Shown: positions 8,267-21,747 of the stretch, in pieces
Position numbering within the stretch: position 1 is the first letter of the stretch
How the letters are laid out: each line of letters opens with the position of its first letter
Assembly: GCA_965213675.1 (NCBI GenBank)
Contig: OZ243916.1
Location: forward strand, 2,336,001-2,400,000
Direction: 5' to 3'
DNA from: an uncultured Candidatus Binatia bacterium
GTDB taxonomy: Bacteria; Desulfobacterota; Binatia; UBA9968; JAJDTQ01
DNA length: 64,000 nt
The notes under the pieces: generated by a model
Told to the model about the DNA's origin: nothing
Database searches by the model: none
The model's input: the letters and a program-made list of their open reading frames with translations, nothing else
Made by a program: the position numbers and the translations under genes

Positions 8267-9115
8267 TCAGCGGTGCGCCTGGGTGAACTCCAGCGTGCGC
8301 TCGCACACGTTCTCCGTGGTCTGGTCGGGCGGCATGACGTTCCAGAACTCACCGTTGGGCAGGCACTCGCGCAGGTAGTGGGCTCCGGAGGTGGCGTGGG
8401 AGGCGTCGTCGCCGGGCATGATGACGGACGGCGCCTTGATGCCCATGACCTCCTCGGCCGTGGCGCCGGTGGCGGTGTCGCGATCAAACAGATCCGGACC
8501 GGTGGCGGCGATGATGCCCATGTAGCGGTCCGGGTCCTCGGCGGCGAAGCGCTCGGCAAAGGCGCTGTCCCGGGCGATGACCGAAGCCCAGGGGCCGGAC
8601 TCGGGATCGGTCCAGTAAGTCGTCCCTTTCGATGCCCGTTCCACAACGCCGTCGAGGCCATGCTCCTTGACGAAGCTCAGGTGGCGCGCGAAACGGGCCT
8701 GGCTCGCGGCCTTCCAGCGGTAGCCGCCCACCGGCCAGTGGAGAATCAGCCCGCGGGTCCGTTCCGGAAAGTTGACGCCGAAGGAGAGCGCCACCGAGCA
8801 GCCCATGCAGCCGCCCATGACAAAGGCGGCGTCGATGCCGAGATGGTCCAGGAGCTGCTTGCCCTGGGTGGCGTAGGTGGTCCAGGTGACGCGCTCCACG
8901 CGCCCTCCGGACTTCCCCGACTCCCGCCGGTCGTAGGCGATGACCTGATGTTCGGTGGCAAGCTTCGCCAGGGCGTCCATGCCTTTCCAGGCCGTGGACA
9001 CGCGCCACTTCTCGATGGTGGAGTCGAACCCGCCGGGGGCCAGCATCAGCAGCGGCGGGCCGGAGCCGTAGATTTCATAATAGACTTCGATACCGTCGAT
9101 GACAGCCGTGGACAT
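8267..9115 (-). CDS. Alpha/beta hydrolase with Cys at the nucleophile elbow
   Basis: GSGPPLLML, YDRRESGKS, GGCMG elbow and GDDASH motifs. Confidence 0.85.
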   Translation of the reverse strand: MSTAVIDGIEVYYEIYGSGPPLLMLAPGGFDSTIEKWRVSTAWKGMDALAKLATEHQVIAYDRRESGKSGGRVERVTWTTYATQGKQLLDHLGIDAAFVMGGCMGCSVALSFGVNFPERTRGLILHWPVGGYRWKAASQARFARHLSFVKEHGLDGVVERASKGTTYWTDPESGPWASVIARDSAFAERFAAEDPDRYMGIIAATGPDLFDRDTATGATAEEVMGIKAPSVIMPGDDASHATSGAHYLRECLPNGEFWNVMPPDQTTENVCERTLEFTQAHR

Positions 9116-9241
9116 GCAGTTCCTCCCGAACACCCGCAAACACGCGCGCATGGCGCATGCACCGGGCCTGGATGATGTTTCCCCACGCTTAGCCCAAGCA
9201 TCCGGGCCGGTCAAACGAACCAGAACACGGCCGTTCCGCCA

Positions 9242-9271
9242 TTGACCCGACGGGAACCCGGGTCCTATACT
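9242..9271 (+). promoter_or_regulatory. Sigma-70 promoter of the amidohydrolase
   Basis: TTGACC-18 nt-TATACT, about 48 nt upstream of ATG 9319. Confidence 0.55.
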
Positions 9272-9318
9272 CCGTGCTCTCCGTGCTTCATGTTCCGGTG
9301 ATTGGAGGAACCTGGAAA

Positions 9319-10248
9319 ATGCTCATCGATTGGCATTCGCACCACACCGCTCCCGAAGTGGTGGACGCATTCAAACAGAAGGCCGGGAAGGCGCCCAAGG
9401 TGGACGCCTGCGATTCGGTGGACTTCGACCTGCGGCTGGCCGAACTGGACGATGCGGGCATCGACTTCCAGCTCGTCTGCCAAGGGGCGAGCGAGGACGC
9501 CGACCAGCTCGACGGCGCCGACGCCATGGCCATGGCGCGCCTGTCCAACGACGTGCTGGCGGAGCGCATTGGCGGCCATGCCGACCGCTTCGGCGGCATC
9601 ACGGCGCTGTCGCTCAAGAACGTCGCGGAGTCGGTGGAGGAAATCGAGCGCATGGCCTCCCGCGGTTTCAAGGCGGTGCTCATCTATCCGCGGGTGGACG
9701 GGGAAATGAAGGTGGACCTGCCGGACCTCGATCCGGTGTTCGCCAAGGTGTCGGAACTGGGCCTGCCGCTCTTCCTTCACGGCAGCGGCGCGGCCAAGGA
9801 CCCCACGCTCCAGCGCCTGGAGGACGGCGGCGCCGGGGTAGCCTACAGCGTGCTGTCGGACGCGAGCGTGAACGAGTGCGTCATGCGCATGATCGCCAGC
9901 GGCCTCTTCGACCGCTACCCCAATCTCCGGATCGTGATCCGCAGCGGCGGCGGCGGCATCCCGTTGCTGGTCCAGAGGATGTTCTGGAAGCACCAGGGAG
10001 CGGAGGGCGAGAAGCGCTATTCCGACATCTTCCTGGAGCACTTCTGCATCGACACGGCGAGCGTCCGGCCCAAGGCGCTGCCCTTCCTCGCCGACGTGAT
10101 GGGCCCAGAGGGCGTCGTCTTCGGGTCGGACTATTGTGGTGGTTTGGGGCCGCTCAAGAAGGCGTTGACCGTCGTGGATGCACAGGAGAACGCCTCGGAG
10201 ATCCGCTCGCGCACGGAGCGAACCTCGCGCGCAATGCTGCGCCTGTAG
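9319..10248 (+). CDS. Amidohydrolase_2 family protein
   Basis: IDWHSH, PLFLH, GLFDRYPNL and VFGSDY motifs; GGAGG RBS. Confidence 0.85.
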   Translation: MLIDWHSHHTAPEVVDAFKQKAGKAPKVDACDSVDFDLRLAELDDAGIDFQLVCQGASEDADQLDGADAMAMARLSNDVLAERIGGHADRFGGITALSLKNVAESVEEIERMASRGFKAVLIYPRVDGEMKVDLPDLDPVFAKVSELGLPLFLHGSGAAKDPTLQRLEDGGAGVAYSVLSDASVNECVMRMIASGLFDRYPNLRIVIRSGGGGIPLLVQRMFWKHQGAEGEKRYSDIFLEHFCIDTASVRPKALPFLADVMGPEGVVFGSDYCGGLGPLKKALTVVDAQENASEIRSRTERTSRAMLRL

Positions 10249-10347
10249 GGCTTCATCGGGGCGCGGGCGCCGATGCGCTCGGCATCCATGACGGGGCGCC
10301 GTTGAACGGCGCGTTGCCGGCCCCCACGGGTTCGGGACCGGCCCCGT

Positions 10348-10734
10348 CTACTCCTTCCGCGTGGTGAGCTCGATCTTGTAACCGTTGGGATCCTCGACGA
10401 ACGCGATGACGCCGCCGCCGTGCTTCATGGGACCGGCGTCGCGGGTGATCTTGACCCCCTTCCCGCGCAGATCGTCACAGGTGGCGTAGACGTCGGGGAC
10501 GCCGATGGCGATGTGGCCGAAGCCGTCGCCGACGTTGTAGTCGTGGGTGTCCCAGTTGTAGGTGAGCTCGATGACGGCGCTGTCCTCCTCGGAGCCGTAA
10601 CCCACGAAGGTGTTGGTGAAGCGGCCGGACTCGTAGTCCTTCCGCTTCAGCACTTTCATCCCCAACCCCTCACAATAGAACTTCAGGCTCTCGTCCAGGT
10701 GCTTGACCCGGATCATGGTGTGAACGATTCTCAT
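10348..10734 (-). CDS. gloA: Lactoylglutathione lyase (glyoxalase I)
   Basis: MRIVHTMIRV, IELTYNW, GFGHIAIGV and FVEDPNGYKIEL motifs. Confidence 0.95.
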   Translation of the reverse strand: MRIVHTMIRVKHLDESLKFYCEGLGMKVLKRKDYESGRFTNTFVGYGSEEDSAVIELTYNWDTHDYNVGDGFGHIAIGVPDVYATCDDLRGKGVKITRDAGPMKHGGGVIAFVEDPNGYKIELTTRKE

Positions 10735-10793
10735 GGCGATCTCCCTTCCAGTGGTTGCCGGCCGCGGAGCCTGCCGCTGGCGCGCCTTCGAGT

Positions 10794-11411
10794 TCACTCG
10801 CAGGCCACGCGCAGCGGATCCACCACCGCCTCCCGGATGGCCCAGCCCTCGGACCGTGTGAAGCTCACATGGCTCAACTCGCAGGGCTTGAGACGGAACG
10901 TGCGATACTGATTCAGCGGGGTGCCGCTGATGCGGCACAAGGCCGAAAGGATCGGGAAGCTGTGGCTCACCACCACGAGGGTGTGGTCCTCGTCGTGACC
11001 CTCGACGATGCGGTTGAGCGCGGACCACACCCGGCGGTCCACGTCGACGAGACGCTCCCCGCCGGGCAACTCCACCGCCTCCGGCCGCGTGCGCCACTGC
11101 TCGATCAACTCCGCGAACCGCGCCCGGACATCCACGAACGTGAGCCCCTCCATCGCGCCGTGGTCGAGCTCGCGCAGGTCCGGTTCAATCCGGACGGCGA
11201 CCTCGTGGGGGCCGCCGACAATCTCCGCGGTCTCCCGGGCGCGCCGCAGATCACTGGCGTACACCGCGTCGATGCGCCGGCCGCTCAGATGGCCGGCCAC
11301 CTCGCTTGCCTGGCGCTGCCCGGTCTCGTTCAACTCGATGTCGGAACTCCCCTGGCACCGTCCCTCGCGGTTCCAGCGGGTCTCGCCGTGGCGTAACAGG
11401 AAGATCTGCAT
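10794..11411 (-). CDS. Histidine phosphatase family protein (GpmB/CobC-like)
   Basis: RHGET, SDLRRARETA, LRELDHG and VVSH motifs. Confidence 0.9.
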   Translation of the reverse strand: MQIFLLRHGETRWNREGRCQGSSDIELNETGQRQASEVAGHLSGRRIDAVYASDLRRARETAEIVGGPHEVAVRIEPDLRELDHGAMEGLTFVDVRARFAELIEQWRTRPEAVELPGGERLVDVDRRVWSALNRIVEGHDEDHTLVVVSHSFPILSALCRISGTPLNQYRTFRLKPCELSHVSFTRSEGWAIREAVVDPLRVACE

Positions 11412-11435
11412 GAGGCGTGCGAACCGCAACAGACG

Positions 11436-14623
<3,188 letters not shown>

Positions 14624-14639
14624 AGGGACCGGGGACGAC

Positions 14640-15623
14640 GTGGCGGCAGCCAGGACAGGGAGAAGCGCGGCCTCACCGGGATCATCGCCGCGGCCAGCGC
14701 AACAGCGCCAGTCCGAAGCCCGCGCCGGCAAGGTCGGGTTTGTGGCTCTGACCCTGTGGCGCCGGCACCACATTCCAATCCACTCCATGTGCGCCCTGGC
14801 CCTGGCGTTCTACGTCATCACGGTTTCGTCCACCGCTCCCGACAAGGGTGACCCGGTCACGCGCCTTCTGGCCCTTTCGGTCAAGCCGCTCCAGATCTCG
14901 CTTCACGCGCTGGGCTCGGCAATCCGCCACCTTCAGATCAACTACGTAACCCTCAGGGACCTGTGGTACGAGAACCATGCCTTGAAGGAGCAGATCGCGG
15001 CCCTCGAAGCCGAACGGAACCGGCTCTTCGAGGCCAAACTCGCCAACGACCGCCTGGTCGAGCTGCTTGAGATCCGCACCCGCATACTCCGGGAGTCGGT
15101 GGCGGCCACCGTGATCAACAACAGCGCCAGCAGTTGGTTTCGCACCATCACGGTGGACAAGGGCGCCGCCTCCGGCATCCATCAGGGCATGGCGGTGATT
15201 ACGCCAAGGGGAGTCGTGGGCAGGGTGGTCTCGGTGGCCGAGGACACCGCCAAGGTCATGCTGCTCACGGATCACAAGAGCGGCATCGACATCATCACCC
15301 AGCGGACACGGGTGCGCGGCATCGTCTCGGGCTCGTTGGATGGAGAGCCCATCGTCAAGTACATGGGGCGGAACGAGGATATCCGCCCTGGCGACCGCCT
15401 CATCACCTCGGGGCTGGACGGTACCTTTCCCAAGGGGCTTCTGGTGGGTACCATCATCGGCATCTCCGACGACGGGCCCGGGCTCTTCCGGCGCGTCCGG
15501 GTGTCGCTGTCGGTGGACCCATTGGTCATGGAAGAGGTGCTGTTCATCTCCGACAAGCCACGACCGGCCATTTCTTCGACGGCCCCACGGGGTCCCCAGG
15601 CAACCCCTGCCGCCACGCCATGA
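14640..15623 (+). CDS. mreC: Rod shape-determining protein MreC (start uncertain)
   Basis: TM plus coiled coil, ITVDKG, GVVGRV and TSGLDGTFPKGL; located after mreB. Confidence 0.92.
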   Translation: MAAARTGRSAASPGSSPRPAQQRQSEARAGKVGFVALTLWRRHHIPIHSMCALALAFYVITVSSTAPDKGDPVTRLLALSVKPLQISLHALGSAIRHLQINYVTLRDLWYENHALKEQIAALEAERNRLFEAKLANDRLVELLEIRTRILRESVAATVINNSASSWFRTITVDKGAASGIHQGMAVITPRGVVGRVVSVAEDTAKVMLLTDHKSGIDIITQRTRVRGIVSGSLDGEPIVKYMGRNEDIRPGDRLITSGLDGTFPKGLLVGTIIGISDDGPGLFRRVRVSLSVDPLVMEEVLFISDKPRPAISSTAPRGPQATPAATP

Positions 15624-16144
15624 ACCTGTCGCTGGTCTTCTTCGCCATCGGCATCGTCTTCGTCGTCTTGCAGGCCACCATCCTGCACCTGGCGAGCTGG
15701 ACGCCCATCATTCCCGATCTGGCGCTGATCCTGTGTGTGTACTGGGCGCTCAACCGGCCGCGGGCGGCCGCCGTGTGGGCGACCTTCATGCTCGGGTACG
15801 CCATCGACATGGTGTCGAATCCACTACCCGGAGCCAACGCGTTGGCCTTCTCCGCGGTCTTTCTGGTGGTTTTTCTGGTGTTCCGCTACGTCTGGGCCAG
15901 GGGTCCTCTGGTCAGCGCCGTCACCGTGTTCGTCGCCATCTGGGTGAAGGTAGGCGCGCTGCTTGCCATCTCGCCGCTGTTCGAGTTGCCTGCGGACAAC
16001 TGGGTCGTACTCGGCTATGCGGTCCTGCGGGAAGCGACCTTCTCCGCGTGCATCGCCCCGCCGTTGTTCTTCATGCTTCGCTCCATCCAGAATCGCATGG
16101 AAACCACGAAGAAACCTTCGTCCCTGGCCAATGCTTCTACTTAG
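15620..16144 (+). CDS. mreD: Rod shape-determining protein MreD
   Basis: Hydrophobic 174 aa with PDLAL motif; ATGA overlap with mreC. Confidence 0.88.
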   Translation: MNLSLVFFAIGIVFVVLQATILHLASWTPIIPDLALILCVYWALNRPRAAAVWATFMLGYAIDMVSNPLPGANALAFSAVFLVVFLVFRYVWARGPLVSAVTVFVAIWVKVGALLAISPLFELPADNWVVLGYAVLREATFSACIAPPLFFMLRSIQNRMETTKKPSSLANAST

Positions 16145-18020
16145 GCCAAACGCCCGAATGCAGCCGGAGTTCCGCGGGCGCATCCGTTTCTTCACGCTCC
16201 TGGTCTTGCTCAGCTTCGCCTTCCTGACCTATCGCCTTTGGGTGCTTCAGATCCTGCAAGGCCAGGAATATGCGGTGATGTCGGAAAGCAATCGGATCCG
16301 GCTCCAGCGCATCCCTGCGTTGCGCGGTCTGGTGTTCGACCGGCACCAGCGACTGTTGATCAATAGCCGCCCATCCTTCGACGTGCATTACCGGCCGGGG
16401 GATGCGGAAAACGGTCTCGCTCCGCTGCAGCATCTCGCGAAGCTGCTGGATGCCGACGCCGATGAACTCGTGGAGACGGCGCTCCAGGCCAACGGGCCGA
16501 AGGGAGTGACCCTTCTCCGGGACGTGGACTGGCCCGCGGTGGTCGCGGTGGAAACGCATCAGGTGGAACTCCCGGGCATCGAGTTGAGCGTCAAGGCGCG
16601 GCGCAGCTACCTCACCGATGACATGACCGCCCACCTGCTCGGTTACTTGGGAGAGATCACCGGCGAGCAGTTGCGGATGCTGCGCCGGAAAGGCTACCGG
16701 CGCGGAGACGAGATCGGGCAGGCAGGCGTCGAGAAGCGCTGGGAGGAACACCTCGCCGGGCGCAGCGGCGGCGAAAGAGTCGAAGTGGACGCCATCGGAC
16801 GGAAGGTCCGGGTGATCGACCGTCTCAAGGCGACACCCGGGCACAACGTAGTGCTGACACTGGATTTGAACGTGCAACAGGCGGCTTATGACGCATTGAA
16901 AAACCGGGAGGGCGCCGTCGTCGTCCTGGACGTGACTTCCGGAGCCGTGCGCGCGCTGGTCAGCACTCCAGCCTTCAATCCCAACGCATTCGCCCGCGGG
17001 CTCACGGCCCGTGAGTGGCGCCGCTTGACCAGCGATAGCGAAACCCCCCTGCACAACCGGACGCTCCAGGGTCATTTCCCGCCGGGCTCCACCTTCAAGA
17101 TCGTGACGGCTCTGGCCGCGTTGCAGGAAGGGGTCATCACCCCCAACAAACGACTGTTCTGCGGCGGCACCCACAAGGTGGGCAACCGGGTCCTGAGAGA
17201 CTGGAAAAAGTACGGGCACGGCCATGTCGACATGCACCAGGCCTTGGTGCAGTCGTGTGACGTCTACTTCTACCAGGTGGCGCAGCGGCTGGGGGTGGAC
17301 AAGATGGCCAAGTGGGCGCGCCGTTTCGGACTGGGCGCGCCCACCGGGATACCCCTTGAAGGAGAAAGCGCCGGACTGGTCCCCGACCGTGCCTGGAAGC
17401 GGCGGCGTTTCGGCACACCCTGGTACCCGGGCGAGACCCCGCTGGTGGGAATCGGTCAGGGCTTCATCGGCGCCACGCCGCTGCAAATGGCCACCATGGT
17501 CGCCGCCGTGGCCAACGGCGGAACCATCTATCGACCGTGGTTCGTTCAGCGGGTCATGTCCCTCAGCGGTGAAGTGATGGAAGAATACGGTCCGGTGCGC
17601 GCCGCCACGGTGAACCTCAAGAAGGGCACCCTGGAGGTGGTGCGCCGGGCGCTGACCGACGTGGTCCACGGACAGCGGGGCACGGCCAAGCTCGCGCGTT
17701 CGGATCTGGTGCGCATTGCCGGCAAGACCGGCACCGCGCAAGTGGCGGAAATGCGCGGCGAAGCCGTCAAGAGCAAGGATCTCCCCTACGAGATCCGGGA
17801 CCACGCGTGGTTCGTGGCCTACGCCCCGACGGACAAGCCCGAGATCGCCGTCGCCACCCTCGTGGAGCACGGCGGAGGCGGCGGAGCCACGGCCGCGCCC
17901 ATCACCCGCAAGGTGGTCGAGGCGTGGTTCCGCTCGGGTAAAGGCGGATCCGAAGACGCGGAAATGGCGGATACGCCGTTGCCCGCGCTGATGGCCGAGC
18001 GGTCACAACGTGCAAATTGA
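16131..18020 (+). CDS. mrdA: Penicillin-binding protein 2
   Basis: PGSTFK (SxxK), SCDVYFY and AGKTGTAQ motifs; synteny with mreBCD and rodA. Confidence 0.95.
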   Translation: MLLLRPNARMQPEFRGRIRFFTLLVLLSFAFLTYRLWVLQILQGQEYAVMSESNRIRLQRIPALRGLVFDRHQRLLINSRPSFDVHYRPGDAENGLAPLQHLAKLLDADADELVETALQANGPKGVTLLRDVDWPAVVAVETHQVELPGIELSVKARRSYLTDDMTAHLLGYLGEITGEQLRMLRRKGYRRGDEIGQAGVEKRWEEHLAGRSGGERVEVDAIGRKVRVIDRLKATPGHNVVLTLDLNVQQAAYDALKNREGAVVVLDVTSGAVRALVSTPAFNPNAFARGLTAREWRRLTSDSETPLHNRTLQGHFPPGSTFKIVTALAALQEGVITPNKRLFCGGTHKVGNRVLRDWKKYGHGHVDMHQALVQSCDVYFYQVAQRLGVDKMAKWARRFGLGAPTGIPLEGESAGLVPDRAWKRRRFGTPWYPGETPLVGIGQGFIGATPLQMATMVAAVANGGTIYRPWFVQRVMSLSGEVMEEYGPVRAATVNLKKGTLEVVRRALTDVVHGQRGTAKLARSDLVRIAGKTGTAQVAEMRGEAVKSKDLPYEIRDHAWFVAYAPTDKPEIAVATLVEHGGGGGATAAPITRKVVEAWFRSGKGGSEDAEMADTPLPALMAERSQRAN

Positions 18021-19107
18021 CCGTCGCCTCGTGGTCAGCTTCGACTGGCCTCTGTTCATGGTCTCCATCGGACTGGCGCTGCTGGGGATCGTTACCATCT
18101 ACAGCGCCACCTGCAACGCCGACGAGGAGTGCTCGCGCTTCCTCGCCACCAAGCAATCCTACTGGCTCGTCATCGGCCTGTTCTGGATGGTGGTCGCCTT
18201 CTCGGTGGACTACCAGCGACTGAACCGCTGGGCGTATCCCATCTATGGCGCGGTCGTCGTTCTCCTCGGCCTCGTGCTGCTCATCGGTATCACCAGTGGG
18301 GGCTCCCAGCGTTGGCTGGACCTGCGCTTCTTCGCTTTGCAGCCCTCCGAACTGGCCAAGCTCGTGCTTGTACTCGTTCTCGCCAAGACCCTGTGCTACT
18401 ACGAACCCGGCTATTCGTTGACCGCTCTGGGCGTACCGCTCATGCTGAGCACGCCGGTGCTGGCGCTGGTGCTGCTGCAGCCGGACCTGGGCACGTCGGT
18501 GTTGATCTTTCTCATCGCCATGGCGGTGGTGGTGATGTCCGGACTGCGCGTGCGCTCGCTCGTATACTTCACCATAGCGGCCATCGCCGCCCTGCCCGTA
18601 GGATGGCAATTCCTACAGCCGTACCAGAAGACCCGCATCTGGACCTTCATGAACCCCGAGTCGGACCCCCTCGGAGCAGGCTACCACGTCGTCCAGTCCA
18701 AAATCGCCATCGGCTCCGGACGTCTCTGGGGCACGGGGTATCTTCAGGGGAGCCAGAACCGTCTGGAGTTCCTCCCCGAGCAGCATACGGATTTCATCTT
18801 CGCGGTGTTCGCCGAAGAGTGGGGATTCTCGGGGTGTGTGGTGCTGCTGGCCGCCTATACATTGCTGCTCCTGCTGGCGTTACGGGTGGTGCGACGGGCC
18901 AAGGACCGCTTCGGCGTGCTCCTGGCCGCCGGGGTCGCGGCGATGCTGTTCTGGCAGTTCACCATCAACATCGGCATGGTCACCGGGCTTCTGCCCGTGG
19001 TGGGCATCCCCTTGCCCCTCATCAGCTACGGCGGGTCCTCGCTGGTGACCACCATGCTGGCCCTTGGCCTCCTCATCAACGTGAGCATGAGGCGCAACAC
19101 GCGCTAG
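18010..19107 (+). CDS. rodA: SEDS peptidoglycan polymerase RodA
   Basis: QPSELAK, QPDLGT, LPEQHTDFIF and ISYGGSS motifs. Confidence 0.95.
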   Translation: MQIDRRLVVSFDWPLFMVSIGLALLGIVTIYSATCNADEECSRFLATKQSYWLVIGLFWMVVAFSVDYQRLNRWAYPIYGAVVVLLGLVLLIGITSGGSQRWLDLRFFALQPSELAKLVLVLVLAKTLCYYEPGYSLTALGVPLMLSTPVLALVLLQPDLGTSVLIFLIAMAVVVMSGLRVRSLVYFTIAAIAALPVGWQFLQPYQKTRIWTFMNPESDPLGAGYHVVQSKIAIGSGRLWGTGYLQGSQNRLEFLPEQHTDFIFAVFAEEWGFSGCVVLLAAYTLLLLLALRVVRRAKDRFGVLLAAGVAAMLFWQFTINIGMVTGLLPVVGIPLPLISYGGSSLVTTMLALGLLINVSMRRNTR

Positions 19108-19115
19108 GACGCGCT

Positions 19116-19136
19116 GGGAGCCTGCGGCGCAGGAAC
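19116..19136. repeat. REP-like motif copy between convergent rodA and trxA
   Basis: GGGAGCCTGCGGCGCAGGAAC; related copies at 24203, 38354, 39590, 50048 and 52319. Confidence 0.55.
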
Positions 19137-19460
19137 CTAGCCCAAGGCCTTGTCGATCTCGCCCACCAGCCTGGCCTTGGGGGCGGCTCCGACGATCTGG
19201 CCCGAAAGGGCTCCTTCCCGGAAGATCATCAGGTTGGGGATGCCCCGCACGCCGTAACGGCTGGGGGTCTCGGGATTCTCGTCGACGTTGATCTTCACCA
19301 CCTTGAGGCGCCCGTCGTACTCACGCGCCAACTCTTCCAGCACCGGCGCAATGGCCTTGCACGGCCCGCACCACGGCGCCCAGAAATCCACCAGCACCGG
19401 CACGGACGCGCGCACCACCTGGGCTTCGAACTCACTGTCCGCAACATGGGATATCTCCAT
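19137..19460 (-). CDS. trxA: Thioredoxin
   Basis: VLVDFWAPWCGPCK and VRGIPNL motifs. Confidence 0.95.
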   Translation of the reverse strand: MEISHVADSEFEAQVVRASVPVLVDFWAPWCGPCKAIAPVLEELAREYDGRLKVVKINVDENPETPSRYGVRGIPNLMIFREGALSGQIVGAAPKARLVGEIDKALG

Positions 19461-19551
19461 GCGTGTCTCCCTTCCACTGTCCTGCGCCCGCCATGCGTGC
19501 GCGCCCTCGGACCCTGCCATGGCCGCCGGGTCGGAGCGCGGCCAGATCCGG

Positions 19552-21036
19552 TCAGATCTCCGAAAGGAGGTTCAGCAGCGTGCGCACGCCGAACCCCGTT
19601 CCCCCCTTGGGGTGCGTGAGATGCTCCTTGCTCGCGAAGGCGGGACCGGCGATGTCCAGATGCGCCCAAGGGATCTCGCCGACGAATTCCTGAAGGAACA
19701 ACGCCGCGGTGATGGCGCCGGCCGAGCTCCCGCCCACGTTCTTGATGTCGGCCACGTTGCTCTTGATGTCGTCGCGGTACTCGGCGGCCAAGGGCAGCCG
19801 CCAGAGCCCCTCGCCCGCGTCCCGGCCGCACGCCATCAAACTGCCCGCCAGATCATCGTCGTTGCTGAACAGCCCCGCCAACTCGTTGCCTAGAGCCACG
19901 ATGCAGGCCCCGGTCAGCGTGGCAAGATTGATCATGCAGTCAGGCTTCTCCGCCGCCGCCAGGATCAACGCATCCGCCAGAATGAGCCGGCCTTCGGCGT
20001 CGGTATTCATGACCTCGACGGTCTTGCCGTTGCGGTAGCGGATGACGTCTCCGGGCTTCTGCGCGCCACCGTCCGGCAGGTTGTCCGTGGCCGGCACCAG
20101 GCCCAGCACCTCGACCTTGGGCGCCAACTCCGGCAGTACGCTCATGGCCGCGATGACCGCGGCGCCCCCGGCCATGTCGAGCTTCATGGTCTCCATGGAA
20201 CGCGCCGGCTTGAGCGAGAGTCCGCCGGAATCGAACGTGATGCCCTTGCCGATGAGCGCCACCTTCTTCCGCGCCGGCCCCTTGGGCCGGTAGCGCATGT
20301 GTATGAAACGCGGCTCCTCGCAGCTGCCCTGATTGACCGCGAGGAGTCCCGCAAGCTTCATCTGTTGTATCTTGCGCTTGCCCCACACCTCCACCTCGAG
20401 GCCTTCGCCCTGGCAGGAAGCCAGCGCCTGCTCCGACAGATACGCCGCGGTGGCCGTGGACGGCGGCTCGTTCACCAGATCCCGCGCCAGCGCCACGGCC
20501 GCCGCCGACAGCCGCGCGCGCTTGACGGCGCGGGCCAGAGCCGTGCTTCGGACGCCCGCGGTGCGCCCCAGCACCAAGGTGCGGAGCCCTCCCGCGCCGT
20601 TGTCGTTGGATCGGTACCGGCGGAAGCGATAACTGTTCAGGAGAGCGCCTTCGGCCACCGCCCCCACCACGGAATCCGCCTGTTGATCCTGAGGCACCAT
20701 GAAGGTCGCCTCGCCGGCCCAGAGCCGTGCGGCCTCCCTGGCGGTGACGGCCCCGGCCATGCGCCAGTCATGGATCCCGTGGTCTTCGTGTTTTCCGAGT
20801 CCCACCAGCAGCAGATGTTCGGCGGGCATGGCGCCATGCGTCGCCACCAGGAGCGAACGGCCCTTCCTGGCCTTGTAACCGCTCTTCTTGATGAGCGCGC
20901 TCATGCGGCCATGGAGCTCGCGGTCGAGGTTCCGCACGAGACGGTCCTCAAGCCCCTTGTCCGTCACCGGCAGCGCCAGCAGGTCGCTCCGGACCCGGGC
21001 CGGGGTGATCTCCCTCAACCTGATGTTCATGGGCAT
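19552..21036 (-). CDS. pepA: Leucyl aminopeptidase (M17)
   Basis: GKGITFDSGG, MKLDMAG, NTDAEGRL and WAHLDIAG motifs. Confidence 0.95.
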   Translation of the reverse strand: MPMNIRLREITPARVRSDLLALPVTDKGLEDRLVRNLDRELHGRMSALIKKSGYKARKGRSLLVATHGAMPAEHLLLVGLGKHEDHGIHDWRMAGAVTAREAARLWAGEATFMVPQDQQADSVVGAVAEGALLNSYRFRRYRSNDNGAGGLRTLVLGRTAGVRSTALARAVKRARLSAAAVALARDLVNEPPSTATAAYLSEQALASCQGEGLEVEVWGKRKIQQMKLAGLLAVNQGSCEEPRFIHMRYRPKGPARKKVALIGKGITFDSGGLSLKPARSMETMKLDMAGGAAVIAAMSVLPELAPKVEVLGLVPATDNLPDGGAQKPGDVIRYRNGKTVEVMNTDAEGRLILADALILAAAEKPDCMINLATLTGACIVALGNELAGLFSNDDDLAGSLMACGRDAGEGLWRLPLAAEYRDDIKSNVADIKNVGGSSAGAITAALFLQEFVGEIPWAHLDIAGPAFASKEHLTHPKGGTGFGVRTLLNLLSEI

Positions 21037-21039
21037 GAG

Positions 21040-21639
21040 TCAGAACTGCCGGCCGCGGATCAGGTTCATGAACTCCGCGCGCGTCTTGTCGTCGGTCCGG
21101 AAGGCTCCCAGCAGCGCGCTGGTCACAACGGTGGAGTTCTGCTTCTGCACCCCGCGCATGCGCATGCACATGTGCTCCGCTTCCATCACCACCGCAGCCC
21201 CGAGTGGATTGATCCGTTCCATGACGGTCTGGGCGATCTGGTTGGTCAACCGCTCCTGCACCTGCAGGCGCCGGGCGTAGGCGTCCACCAGCCGCGCCAG
21301 CTTGGACACGCCGACGATGTGCCGCCGGGGGATGTAGGCCACATGGGCCTTGCCGTGAAACGGGAGCAGGTGATGTTCGCACAGGGAGAAGAAATCGATG
21401 TCCTTCTCCAGGATCATCTCCTGGTAGTCCTCCCTGAACAGGGCCCCGTTGATGATGGCCTCCGGATCCTGGTCATACCCGCCGGTGAGAAAGGAGAGCG
21501 ACGCCGCCACCCGTTCCGGGGTCTTTTGGAGACCCTCCCGGTCGGGGTCTTCCCCGAGCGCGGCGAGGATGGCGCGGACATGCTCCGCAAGGGAATCCGT
21601 CTCCTGTTCGCGGTTGTGAGAGAGTCTTTGAACGGACAT
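21040..21639 (-). CDS. folE: GTP cyclohydrolase I
   Basis: [32 protein letters not shown] and HMCMRMRG motifs. Confidence 0.96.
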   Translation of the reverse strand: MSVQRLSHNREQETDSLAEHVRAILAALGEDPDREGLQKTPERVAASLSFLTGGYDQDPEAIINGALFREDYQEMILEKDIDFFSLCEHHLLPFHGKAHVAYIPRRHIVGVSKLARLVDAYARRLQVQERLTNQIAQTVMERINPLGAAVVMEAEHMCMRMRGVQKQNSTVVTSALLGAFRTDDKTRAEFMNLIRGRQF

Positions 21640-21645
21640 CACGGG

Positions 21646-21674
21646 AACGTAACATCTGCCAAAAACCCGGTCAA
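21646..21674 (-). promoter_or_regulatory. Sigma-70 promoter of folE (leaderless)
   Basis: TTGACC-17-TACGTT with extended TG; 6 nt between the -10 box and ATG. Confidence 0.6.
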
Positions 21675-21747
21675 ATCGAGCCGGCCCGCGTTCCTCAAGC
21701 GTCCGCGCGACCGTGCCCTGCCCCGGGAATTGCGCTATAAGAAGACC

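Noticed and set aside
20299-21747. Apparent 1284-aa PtsP with a 480-aa N-terminal extension in the ORF track
   Set aside because: The extension is the antisense shadow of pepA and folE; the GAF domain starts after ATG 21748, which has its own -10 box
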